Positions 23,589-31,461 of a stretch of 32,593 nt of DNA are shown piece by piece. Within the stretch, counting starts at the first letter, position 1. Each line of letters begins with the position of its first letter. Under the pieces are notes generated by a model. That model was not told the DNA's origin, did not search any database, and worked only from the letters and a program-made list of their open reading frames with translations. The translations under genes were made by a program, and so were the position numbers. Source of the DNA: a virus; the IMG/VR virus record IMGVR_UViG_3300025890_000011, one strand, 5' to 3'.

Positions 23589-23908
23589 TTAAAATTGTAT
23601 TTATAGTTGTTTTCTTCTACTTTTAATTTTGTTACATTAAAATTTATCATACCAACTATATGTGAATCAGTCGGAACAAAATATTTCCAACCTTGACTAA
23701 TTCCACTATTTATGTAATAACAAAAAAAAGCAACTTGTTTACCTGTATTTTTCTTAAATATAACAGTTGCAGAATGATCTGACAAAGGAATTATTTTAAA
23801 GATTGTAAACGTTTCGTTATTAAAATTATTATCTCGATTTTTAAACGAATAACGTTTTTCAAGTTCTTGTGCAAAAGTTGTTAAACTTTTAACTAAAGTT
23901 TTGTTCAT
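23585..23908 (-). CDS. Hypothetical protein (107 aa)
   Basis: ORF coupled to the primase-helicase by an ATGA overlap. No recognised motif. Confidence 0.5.
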   Translation of the reverse strand: MNKTLVKSLTTFAQELEKRYSFKNRDNNFNNETFTIFKIIPLSDHSATVIFKKNTGKQVAFFCYYINSGISQGWKYFVPTDSHIVGMINFNVTKLKVEENNYKYNFK

Positions 23909-24044
23909 CGTCTTGTATTATGTTCGGTAATCCATTGAATGTTTTAAATTCAATATCTAAATCTAATGGAACTCCACAATCTATTCCCTCACATGTTATA
24001 TTATTTGGGTGATTTTCGTAACCACAAAATTTACATTTAACCAT
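23889..24044 (-). CDS. Small zinc-ribbon protein (51 aa; not in the ORF track)
   Basis: Sequence: 'MVKCKFCGYENHPNNITCEGIDCGVPLDLDIEF...', with CxxC...CxxxxC. Its ATG overlaps the initiator gene stop (TAATG). Confidence 0.4.
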   Translation of the reverse strand: MVKCKFCGYENHPNNITCEGIDCGVPLDLDIEFKTFNGLPNIIQDDEQNFS

Positions 24045-24709
24045 TATAAATCAATTTTATTTAATTCTTTTCCAAATTTTGACATAAATACATCTATGTA
24101 TTTTAAACCTAATTTATTTTTTTTACGCAATTTCAATAAACTTAAAAAGTTTGTTTCCCAAAAATCATCTTCTCTTACTTTTTTACAAATAAAATATACT
24201 TTACGTGGTGTATAACCTTCAATTCTTTCTAATTTATCAAGACATTCTTTCCATTTTTGTAAATCATTATCTGTTTTAGGTCTTACTTGTTGTGGAAATA
24301 ATCTTGCTATATGTATAAGTGAAGTATTTATTGCTTCAGAATATTCCTTTGTATTATTATTATATAATGTAGTATTATTATCCTTTAATTTTTCTTTAAT
24401 AGGGTGTTTAACATTTTTTAAATAAGATGTATTTAAGAAAAGTTTGCGTTGTTCGATCTCTTTTGAATCTTTTTTGTAAATCATTTCCACTCGGATATAA
24501 TCATGTTCTTTTAATTGATTTATCCATTTTGATATTGAAACAATTGAAACGCTATATAGTTCAGCAAAATATTTATTTGTAGCAAAACAAAAACCTTTTT
24601 CATTACAAAGAGCAGTAATTTCGCCATATAATAGTTTTGCGTTTGCAGTAATTTTTTGATCATATCTAACAAATGCAGGAATTATAGCATAATAATTCTT
24701 TTTAATCAT
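24044..24709 (-). CDS. Replication initiator-like HTH protein (HTH_36 / DnaD-O-like; 221 aa)
   Basis: Pattern 'IIPAFVRYDQKITANAKLLYGEITALCNEKGFCFATNKYFAELYSVSIVSISKWINQLKE'. Confidence 0.6.
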   Translation of the reverse strand: MIKKNYYAIIPAFVRYDQKITANAKLLYGEITALCNEKGFCFATNKYFAELYSVSIVSISKWINQLKEHDYIRVEMIYKKDSKEIEQRKLFLNTSYLKNVKHPIKEKLKDNNTTLYNNNTKEYSEAINTSLIHIARLFPQQVRPKTDNDLQKWKECLDKLERIEGYTPRKVYFICKKVREDDFWETNFLSLLKLRKKNKLGLKYIDVFMSKFGKELNKIDL

Positions 24710-24828
24710 ACTTCGGGATATTTGATGAAATCTTGTAAACGTTTTATCTCAATTCTTAATGTTTTTATTGTTTCGTGTAAACGTTTAATTTCCTCTTGAT
24801 CATAAGCAAATTTTTCTCTTTTATACAT
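24706..24828 (-). CDS. Small coiled-coil ORF (40 aa; not in the ORF track)
   Basis: Sequence: 'MYKREKFAYDQEEIKRLHETIKTLRIEIKRLQDFIKYPEV'. It is ATGA-coupled to the initiator gene and has TAAATTTA-N4-ATG upstream. Confidence 0.35.
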   Translation of the reverse strand: MYKREKFAYDQEEIKRLHETIKTLRIEIKRLQDFIKYPEV

Positions 24829-24837
24829 ATTATAAAT

Positions 24838-25083
24838 TTATAAATTATCTGTTATATCCTTTAATCTATTTAAAAAATTCCTATACTGATCGTAAATATT
24901 ATTTATTTCATCAATTGATATATATGAGTCTTGGTATCGTATAAATAAAATTTCGATAAATGTGTCAAATTCGACTTGTGTTAATGATCCCACATAAGTG
25001 TAATTCTCTACATCTTCAAATTTATGTTTTGAAGTAAATCTAATTCTTTGTTTTGTTTGTGACCACCAAACTCCTTTGTACAT
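24838..25083 (-). CDS. Hypothetical protein (81 aa)
   Basis: ORF only. A weak AP2-like 'YKGVWW' start is not sufficient for a call. Confidence 0.45.
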   Translation of the reverse strand: MYKGVWWSQTKQRIRFTSKHKFEDVENYTYVGSLTQVEFDTFIEILFIRYQDSYISIDEINNIYDQYRNFLNRLKDITDNL

Positions 25084-25085
25084 AT

Positions 25086-25739
25086 CTATTGTAAATAATC
25101 ATCTATAATTTTAATAGTTTCTTCATAATCATTTAACCAATGTACTTTCCAATTACTCTTTTTTAAATTTGCCATTGATATTAATTGATTTTCAGTTGGT
25201 TTGTTGTAAGCAACTTTTAATTCAATAGCTAAACCATTATAATCTTTGTTAGAAAAAAATATCAAAATATCAGGTATACCTGCTTGTCCACCTAAATATT
25301 TAAATTTAAAACGTTCAAATGGACTTCTTTTTCCTTCATTAGGAACATGTATTGCATAAACACCAGGATATTTTGTTTTTAAATATTCCATAACTTGATG
25401 TTGGAATATATCTTCACGTCCTAAATATTTTTCAAATGGATTACTCAAAGTTAGTTTATTTAAACATTTCTTCCTTAAAGTTAAATAAATTTCTTCAGTA
25501 TCTTGATCGTAAGTTATTAAATCGTTGATCGCCCTTATTCCATGTATGACTGTTGCAGGATCACGCCTGACTCTTTCACCAATTGATCTATTGGACATGA
25601 AAATAAATTCTTTGCATAATTTATAATAAAGATTTCTTGCGTCAACTCTTTCACGTGTTCTTCCTTTTTTGTCAAATTGAATATTTAAATAACCACTAAC
25701 AATTTTATAAATTGTATCTCTTTCCTCGTATTTACTCAT
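25086..25739 (-). CDS. DnaA domain IV-like HTH fused to a VRR-NUC nuclease (217 aa)
   Basis: The N-half, 'RTRERVDARNLYYKLCKEF..SNRSIGERVRRDPATVIHGIRAINDLI', parallels DnaA C-terminal '[44 protein letters not shown]'. The C-half, 'GGQAGIPDILIFF...GLAIELKV...PTENQ', is the VRR-NUC signature. Confidence 0.7.
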   Translation of the reverse strand: MSKYEERDTIYKIVSGYLNIQFDKKGRTRERVDARNLYYKLCKEFIFMSNRSIGERVRRDPATVIHGIRAINDLITYDQDTEEIYLTLRKKCLNKLTLSNPFEKYLGREDIFQHQVMEYLKTKYPGVYAIHVPNEGKRSPFERFKFKYLGGQAGIPDILIFFSNKDYNGLAIELKVAYNKPTENQLISMANLKKSNWKVHWLNDYEETIKIIDDYLQ

Positions 25740-25741
25740 AT

Positions 25742-26518
25742 TTAAATAATTACTGCACCATCTTCTGTACGTTCATATCCCTCATATCCTGTAATTATAC
25801 CAGTTTCTAAATATTTTGTCCAATAAAACCAAGCGCTTCTCCAAGCGTATTTACCTCTTTCAATGTTCTCATCAGACAAACCAATTAATTCACATTTATA
25901 TGGTGTATTTGTTTGGCATGCAATAAAACGAAAATTTTTAGGATCATAACCTAACATTTCGCAATAAAATACTGCTTGTAAATGATATGCCCAATCTTGA
26001 ATAGTCCATTTAAATTTTTTAGGATTACTACTCTGGCAAGTTTTTATATCACTTATCCAATTATCACCAATACAATCAGGACGCACTCGAACAGGTATAT
26101 TATTTAATTCACCATAGTGACTAATTTCAATTTCACCATTTAAATATGGTTCAATTTTTGAATCTGATTTTGCATTTTCATAAATACGCATAACCACATC
26201 TTCAAAATTTTGATCAATTTGCATTTTATCACCACTTTTTTTATCCAACTCAATTTTTAATTCCTTATCAGATGTTTTACGTAAATCGAGTTTAGGCATT
26301 ACAAAATATTCTTTTTTATATACAGACAATCCTTCATATAAACAAGTATGAACTGCATTACCTAAATCTGTTGCACGTGTAGGTTTAAATTTTTGTGGAT
26401 CAAGATAATGTCCAATACTTTCATTATATATTGTTTTTAATCCACTCGCACTAATGCAATCTTTAGAATGATATACATTAATATTATCATTTGTTTTTTC
26501 TATATTCTTTAATAACAT
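25742..26518 (-). CDS. PD-(D/E)XK recombination exonuclease (RecE/DUF3799-like; 258 aa)
   Basis: Pattern 'LGNAVHTCLYEG', 'VRVRPDCIG..WISDIKTC', 'YHLQAVFY'. It is adjacent to the ERF annealase. Confidence 0.7.
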   Translation of the reverse strand: MLLKNIEKTNDNINVYHSKDCISASGLKTIYNESIGHYLDPQKFKPTRATDLGNAVHTCLYEGLSVYKKEYFVMPKLDLRKTSDKELKIELDKKSGDKMQIDQNFEDVVMRIYENAKSDSKIEPYLNGEIEISHYGELNNIPVRVRPDCIGDNWISDIKTCQSSNPKKFKWTIQDWAYHLQAVFYCEMLGYDPKNFRFIACQTNTPYKCELIGLSDENIERGKYAWRSAWFYWTKYLETGIITGYEGYERTEDGAVII

Positions 26519-26530
26519 AATTTTTAAATT

Positions 26531-26558
26531 AAAAAGGCGCCATAAAATATGACGCCTT
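26531..26558 (-). terminator. Hairpin terminator (AAGGCG...CGCCUU plus a U-run)
   Basis: Inverted repeat 'aaggcgcc ataaaatat gacgcctt'. On the minus strand it is followed by UUUUUAAUUU. Confidence 0.5.
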
Positions 26559-26567
26559 AGTTTTGGA

Positions 26568-26837
26568 TTATATAAAACTTTCTTCTTGTTCTTTTTTATA
26601 TGTATTCAAATATAAAACTATAGTACCATAATCAGTACGCCAAGCAGAAATTTTAAATTGTTTGTGATTATTACCATCTTTATCGGTATAAACACTTATA
26701 AATTCTTTATTTGCTTCAAAAAAATCAATTAAATCATTTACACTTATCACGCCATCACATAATAAATTTTCTGGTTTATTTTCTTTATTTGCGCTTTCAA
26801 AAAATTTAACACTATCAATTTTTTTACTATTTGCCAT
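26568..26837 (-). CDS. Hypothetical protein (89 aa) within the recombination module
   Basis: ORF between the ERF and exonuclease genes. No recognised motif. It occupies an SSB-like position, but that is not supported by sequence. Confidence 0.5.
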   Translation of the reverse strand: MANSKKIDSVKFFESANKENKPENLLCDGVISVNDLIDFFEANKEFISVYTDKDGNNHKQFKISAWRTDYGTIVLYLNTYKKEQEESFI

Positions 26838-26839
26838 TT

Positions 26840-27325
26840 CTAAAATTTTTGGTTTTTAATTTGTTGTCTTTCCTCTGAAATTTTATTTCCACCTTTACGT
26901 TTTACTACGTTGGTTGTTTTTTGCTCTTTATTAGCATCGTCATCTATAGATTCTAAACATAACATAGAAACTAACATGTAACGTCTTAAATAAGTGATCA
27001 TTGAACCAAAATCATGGATTTTTTCTTGTTCACTTAAATATAATTCACTTGTCATACATTCCTCACTATCAATATCACTAATAATAGTTCTTAAGGTTTG
27101 CATTTTTTTATCCTCAATTTTAAAAGGTTGGTTAAGCAATAATCTATGCTTTGCCAATAATGGTTTCAAATGATGAACCAAGTCGTTAATATCAAAATAT
27201 TTGGATTTGTAAAATGGATTTTCTTTAGTTTTTGATAAACTTGAAATTTCATTTTGTAATTCAAATAGTTTTTCGTGAATAGTTTTCTTTTTAGTAGGAT
27301 TACTATTCTTTTTCACTGTATTCAT
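26840..27325 (-). CDS. ERF-family single-strand annealing protein (161 aa)
   Basis: Pattern 'NPFYKSKYFDINDLVHHLKPLLAKHRL', 'GSMITYLRRYMLVSML', 'ESIDDDAN'. Confidence 0.8.
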   Translation of the reverse strand: MNTVKKNSNPTKKKTIHEKLFELQNEISSLSKTKENPFYKSKYFDINDLVHHLKPLLAKHRLLLNQPFKIEDKKMQTLRTIISDIDSEECMTSELYLSEQEKIHDFGSMITYLRRYMLVSMLCLESIDDDANKEQKTTNVVKRKGGNKISEERQQIKNQKF

Positions 27326-27524
27326 AAATTTTCTTTAATGTATTAATTAATTTTAGTTTTTTCAATGCTTTAATATTTAAAACATTGATCATATTAGGAT
27401 TTTTTAATTTAGCATTTAAAGTAGGTAAAGTCATATTTAACACTTCAGCAACTTTTGTTTTACTAATTTTATTAATCCTAATTTCGTTTTCAAAATTTAT
27501 TTGAATGTCGTTTATATATCTCAT
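27303..27524 (-). CDS. Cro/XRE-like HTH DNA-binding protein (73 aa)
   Basis: HTH 'ISKTKVAEVLNMTLPTLNAKLKNP'. Confidence 0.6.
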   Translation of the reverse strand: MRYINDIQINFENEIRINKISKTKVAEVLNMTLPTLNAKLKNPNMINVLNIKALKKLKLINTLKKIYEYSEKE

Positions 27525-27528
27525 AATA

Positions 27529-27783
27529 TTACCATTTGTTTAAAGGACAATAAGCGTCTATAACAGTTGTTTTAGCAGATAAAATGCAACCACAACCAAA
27601 AGTTAATTTTTTTGTTTTTATGTTAATGTCGCTTTTTGTAGGATTACAAAAATCACCTGATCGTAACTTACATAAATTGCAAATTAATAATCTTTGAACA
27701 GACAATTTTTTTATTTCGGGATCAAGCAAATTAAATTTATCTTTTAGTAAATTTGCCCAACCATTTATAATACCATTAAACAT
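27529..27783 (-). CDS. Small Cys-rich (CxxC...C...CGC...C) protein (84 aa)
   Basis: Cys pattern 'CNLC', 'FCNP', 'GCGC', 'YCP'. It has TATATTTA-N4-ATG upstream. Confidence 0.55.
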   Translation of the reverse strand: MFNGIINGWANLLKDKFNLLDPEIKKLSVQRLLICNLCKLRSGDFCNPTKSDINIKTKKLTFGCGCILSAKTTVIDAYCPLNKW

Positions 27784-27819
27784 GATGTAAATATAATTAA
27801 TTTTAAATTATAAAAAAAA

Positions 27820-29139
27820 TTATACGTATTTAAAAGTATCATAAGCAAGACTATCTGGATCATCTTGGTTTGGTAAGTGCATTGTAATATTATAAACGTT
27901 TTGTTTTACATCATATTCAAAATTATCTATAATACATGCTACAGGTTCTTGTAGTGTTGTTGAGCCATAATTAACCCATATTTTATCATAAAAGAATATT
28001 GGTTCTTCGTCAGAATCGTCTTTATAAAAAGTGCCATTATATCTAATACCAGAATTTCTATAATCATTTATAATTTCTTGTAAGCGTATTTTATCTAAAC
28101 TATCGGTTAAAAATTCAGAACGACCAATTCTACCAAATGAACCAGCTACATGATTAATATCTTGTGGATCTAATTCGCATGAATGAATGACTGATTTAGG
28201 TTTATATTCAGATGAAATTTGTGATACATTAACTTCTGTTCCACCCAACAACTCTAAGAAATTACCTGCAGTTTTTCTGTGTTCTAATGTTCGTGAATTT
28301 CTCTTTTGACTTATATAGAAAGCGTCAAGATAAAATTTACCAACCGATGGTAATTGTATTGTTCCACCACTGTTAAAAAATTGAGCTTGAAATATATTAA
28401 CTTCTATTTTTGGTGTTCTTACGTTAAAATTAGCGTTTGTAATTCTTGTTTTAGCAATTTCCCAATTATTTAAATTTGTAATATCAAATCGCTTATAGTA
28501 TTGATCAGCTAAAGCAGAACCAGGAATTGTTAATGTTTGACTTACAAATCTATTTTGTTCAAAATCGTAAACTTTATCTACAGTATTATTACCTGTAGTA
28601 TCTACACCAACTAAAATATAAAAATGAGTTGTACCTTGATTAAAATCCCCAAAACTTTGAGCATAATAATAAAAACTAATTTCTATATCTCTACCAGGTA
28701 CTATTGGACTATCAGCAATTTTATTTCTAATTAAATAATTTTTCTTTTCCTCACCTGATGTAACTATTGTTTTTTGCTCTAAACAATATATTCCACTAAC
28801 AGGTATAACACCAATAGTTTCTTCACTTGGAATAGATATTCTTGAATTTGTTGCATGAATATCCCAATTAAATGTAGAATATCTAAAATTTGGATTTTTA
28901 TTTATTAATTGAATATCTTGAGTTTTAATATTGTTTATTATCGTTTTTAATTTCGGTAAATATTCAACTTCAAAATTTTCATTTAAAGGTTTTAAATTTG
29001 TTTTTATTTGCTTTAAAACGTTTTTGGTAAGTGTTGGTGAACTTAGAACATTACCATCTTTATCAAATGATCTAAAAGTTATATTCTCTTGACCTGTTGT
29101 AGATAATTTTTCTGTTTGTTGTGTTCTTATGCTTGACAT
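27820..29139 (-). CDS. Orphan beta-rich protein of unknown function (439 aa)
   Basis: A long ORF with its own TATCTTTG-N4-ATG start context, following a terminator. No recognised motif. Confidence 0.6.
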   Translation of the reverse strand: MSSIRTQQTEKLSTTGQENITFRSFDKDGNVLSSPTLTKNVLKQIKTNLKPLNENFEVEYLPKLKTIINNIKTQDIQLINKNPNFRYSTFNWDIHATNSRISIPSEETIGVIPVSGIYCLEQKTIVTSGEEKKNYLIRNKIADSPIVPGRDIEISFYYYAQSFGDFNQGTTHFYILVGVDTTGNNTVDKVYDFEQNRFVSQTLTIPGSALADQYYKRFDITNLNNWEIAKTRITNANFNVRTPKIEVNIFQAQFFNSGGTIQLPSVGKFYLDAFYISQKRNSRTLEHRKTAGNFLELLGGTEVNVSQISSEYKPKSVIHSCELDPQDINHVAGSFGRIGRSEFLTDSLDKIRLQEIINDYRNSGIRYNGTFYKDDSDEEPIFFYDKIWVNYGSTTLQEPVACIIDNFEYDVKQNVYNITMHLPNQDDPDSLAYDTFKYV

Positions 29140-29143
29140 AATA

Positions 29144-29151
29144 CAAAGATA
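29144..29151 (-). promoter_or_regulatory. -7 box TATCTTTG exactly 4 nt upstream of the ATG at 29139
   Basis: TAnnTTTG-N4-ATG, immediately after the U-run of the terminator. Confidence 0.5.
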
Positions 29152-29183
29152 AAAAAAAACCCACCATTAAAAGTGGGTTTAAA
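29151..29183 (-). terminator. Rho-independent terminator
   Basis: Minus-strand stem AAACCCAC-(8 nt)-GUGGGUUU followed by U9. It lies downstream of 29204..29707. Confidence 0.75.
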
Positions 29184-29203
29184 ACAAAAAGGACTATTTA
29201 AGT

Positions 29204-29707
29204 TTATTCCTTGTTTTCGCTTATGTCATTTACTACATCTGTTGTAGTTTTATATTTATATAAATATTTACCTAAGTAAAATAAATTAATCACATCTTTT
29301 CTGTTATAAATATTAAGCATTTCAGTGGTATTTAAATTTGTAAGACAAACCATATATCTGCAATATCTATGTCCTTGATTGTCAATTAAATAAATTGTGC
29401 CATCATCACATGCTAATAAAGCAAATTGATAACCTTTAAAATCAACATTATCAAATGGTTGGAAAGAATCGTAATTATTTTTTATACCATCTTCTGTGTT
29501 TACATATTTTATTAAAGGTAAACTACAAATTACATCACTAATCATTTTACGATCATAATCGTATGGACCGCTAATTGTATTTAAATCGAAAGTATTTTCA
29601 ACCTCTGATAAAGCACCTGGTTTACGTGTAAACAAATTGTCTATGTTAAATTGGTGCAATATATACGCAGTAGCGTAGTTAACTAATTTTATTTCGTTTT
29701 TTGTCAT
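29204..29707 (-). CDS. Early hypothetical protein (167 aa from the ATG at 29707)
   Basis: The track ORF starts at 29767, but that extension runs through the promoter. 'MTKNEIKL' at 29707 lies 30 nt downstream of a full-consensus promoter. Confidence 0.6.
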   Translation of the reverse strand: MTKNEIKLVNYATAYILHQFNIDNLFTRKPGALSEVENTFDLNTISGPYDYDRKMISDVICSLPLIKYVNTEDGIKNNYDSFQPFDNVDFKGYQFALLACDDGTIYLIDNQGHRYCRYMVCLTNLNTTEMLNIYNRKDVINLFYLGKYLYKYKTTTDVVNDISENKE

Positions 29708-29737
29708 GATTTTTAAATTTTTATTAAACATTATATA

Positions 29738-29767
29738 CAAATATACAAGAAACCCATTAAAACACAA
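29738..29767 (-). promoter_or_regulatory. Full Bacteroidota-type promoter: TTG-N19-TATATTTG (early promoter)
   Basis: The minus strand reads 'TTG TGTTTTAATGGGTTTCTTG TATATTTG', with the -33 TTG at 29767..29765 and the -7 box at 29745..29738. The 19-nt spacer matches the flavobacterial consensus. Confidence 0.65.
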
Positions 29768-29855
29768 AAAAAATTTTATTTTTTAAAAAATATTATGTCC
29801 TTAATTAGAAAACTTGTATATTTATATTAATTAAAAACAATAACAATCATATAAC

Positions 29856-29996
29856 ATGAAATTAGAAATTGAAATTACAAACGAATTATTCGCAAAAGAA
29901 GTAATATTTCACGTAAATCTTTACAGGAATGGTGAAATATCTTACGAAGATTTAAAAAATGCAATTGAAGAAGTTGCAAACGTATATATTAAATAA
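29856..29996 (+). CDS. Small hypothetical protein (46 aa; not in the ORF track)
   Basis: Sequence: 'MKLEIEITNELFAKEVIFHVNLYRNGEISYEDLKNAIEEVANVYIK'. It is the first gene of the only plus-strand unit. Confidence 0.4.
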   Translation: MKLEIEITNELFAKEVIFHVNLYRNGEISYEDLKNAIEEVANVYIK

Positions 29997-30010
29997 AAAC
30001 AATTATAACA

Positions 30011-30475
30011 ATGAAAAAAATAGATTTAAATAACTATCCAATTGGGACTCGTATTACAAAACATGTGGGTTCTGACTCTTATCCTTATGAAGTGGTTGAA
30101 AATATATCACCTTCAAAAATAGCAATTAGAGCTATGAAAGCAATTCCAACAAAAAATTGTAATTATTATGGTGATCAATCATATACTTATGAATCAACAA
30201 ATGAAACTCCATTAGTTATACAATTTGGCAAAAAAAATGGTAAAACAATATTTAAAAAAATTGTACACAAAATTGCTTTAACAGATATGTATTACGCAAT
30301 AGAAAAACAATTTGGTGGTTTTGCTGATTTTCACAAAACAAATCTATATAAATTAATATGGGAATTATATCGACAAGATTTACCATATCAAGGATACACA
30401 AAAATTAAAAAAACGTCTTTTGAAATTAAATTAAATTTTGGAATTGCAGAATATTATCGTGATCCTTCATTTTAA
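30011..30475 (+). CDS. Hypothetical protein (154 aa), plus strand
   Basis: A clean ORF, divergent from the early minus-strand unit and convergent with 30535..31461. No recognised motif. Confidence 0.6.
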   Translation: MKKIDLNNYPIGTRITKHVGSDSYPYEVVENISPSKIAIRAMKAIPTKNCNYYGDQSYTYESTNETPLVIQFGKKNGKTIFKKIVHKIALTDMYYAIEKQFGGFADFHKTNLYKLIWELYRQDLPYQGYTKIKKTSFEIKLNFGIAEYYRDPSF

Positions 30476-30485
30476 TTAAAAAATT

Positions 30486-30536
30486 TCCCTGCAATATTCG
30501 AAGCGGATTATTATCTGTAGTGAGCGGGGATTTTTT
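30486..30536 (+). terminator. Possible terminator between the convergent genes
   Basis: Stem UCCCUGC ... GCGGGGA (7 bp with one U-G) followed by U6. The loop is long (31 nt), so support is weak. Confidence 0.3.
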
Positions 30537-31461
30537 ATACCTCTTTTTCTAAATAAAGCGCTTGTTGAACTAATTGATAATAATAAAACGAAGCGTATTT
30601 AGGATTTATAAATAGATTTATTGGAGGATATTTTTGAGTATATTGTGCTTTATGAAATTTATTATCTTGATCATCATTAGTTCCTGCATTATGATAAATT
30701 GAATTTTTGAACCATGTTTCATTTGTTGACGTTGACCATGTAAAATCTAACTCTTTTAAAATTTCTGTCTTACGACCTAATTTCCATAAATTCCATAATA
30801 TTGCCCACATATCAGCACACCATATTTGTAACTCATGATATTCATTATTTTTTGCTTTTTTTTCTCGATTAAGTTGCGAAACTTTTTTGAAAAGTTCTTC
30901 GCTATCTATTTCAACCTGATCCCAAAAATTAAAATCAATATCTTTAAATAAATAATGGCAACCACCAGATTTATGTTCATTTTGTTGAACTATTTTTTGA
31001 TCAATATTTATTGTTTTACACATCAAATCTAAAACGTCTTGACCTTTACTTTTTATGTAATTATATCCTAAATAACTTTTGGTATCACTAAAATAAATTG
31101 TTGGATTACAACCACAAAGATATGGTGTTAAATCCAATGGTTTGGTTAGTGCTATATCGCAATCATGATACAAAAAAGTTCCACGATATAATTCAGGATT
31201 TGCTTTAAAATGTTTTTTTAAAATGTGGGGTCTTATTGAACTTGCATATCTTTTACTTTGTCGAGTATCTTCATAAACATATAAATTTATATTCGGATAT
31301 TTTTTTTTTAAATTTAGAAAATGTCCTAATTCATTTTTATCTTCTGCTAAAACAATATCAATCTGTTCTTGTTTTATATCATTTTGTAAAAAAGAAAAAA
31401 TCATGGCGTCAGTTTGCCAAGCGTAATAAAGTTTAGAATGTTGAGCGCAAATATATCTCAT
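30535..31461 (-). CDS. Putative GT-A-fold glycosyltransferase with a DxD motif (308 aa)
   Basis: Pattern 'RYASSIRPHILKKHF....GTFLYHDCDIALTKPLD' resembles the Gly_transf_sug (DXD) pattern 'aSD.lRy.iL...GG.YlD.Dv..l.pl'. Its ATG directly abuts the tail protein stop. Confidence 0.45.
   Translation of the reverse strand: MRYICAQHSKLYYAWQTDAMIFSFLQNDIKQEQIDIVLAEDKNELGHFLNLKKKYPNINLYVYEDTRQSKRYASSIRPHILKKHFKANPELYRGTFLYHDCDIALTKPLDLTPYLCGCNPTIYFSDTKSYLGYNYIKSKGQDVLDLMCKTINIDQKIVQQNEHKSGGCHYLFKDIDFNFWDQVEIDSEELFKKVSQLNREKKAKNNEYHELQIWCADMWAILWNLWKLGRKTEILKELDFTWSTSTNETWFKNSIYHNAGTNDDQDNKFHKAQYTQKYPPINLFINPKYASFYYYQLVQQALYLEKEV

Noticed and set aside
27303-27524. A lysogeny module, with the 73-aa HTH protein as CI repressor plus an integrase.
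   Set aside because: No integrase, recombinase or excisionase motif was found in any ORF, and no attP-like feature is present. The HTH protein is Cro-sized. The phage is more likely virulent or dependent on host functions.
27820-29139. The 439-aa orphan protein as the missing DpdA/TGT-like base-exchange enzyme for the ParB + GT module.
   Set aside because: It has no TGT-type motifs: no Zn-binding CxCxxC...H and no catalytic Asp pattern in a TIM-barrel-like context. The sequence looks beta-rich, like a jelly-roll. The idea is unsupported.
29708-29767. N-terminal extensions in the ORF track: 29204..29767 ('MCFNGFLVYLYIMFNKNLKI...'), 15370..16179 and 12370..12570.
   Set aside because: The extensions run through a consensus promoter (29738..29767) or deeply overlap the upstream gene. 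Internal ATGs at 29707, 16137 and 12504 fit the genome's coupling pattern.
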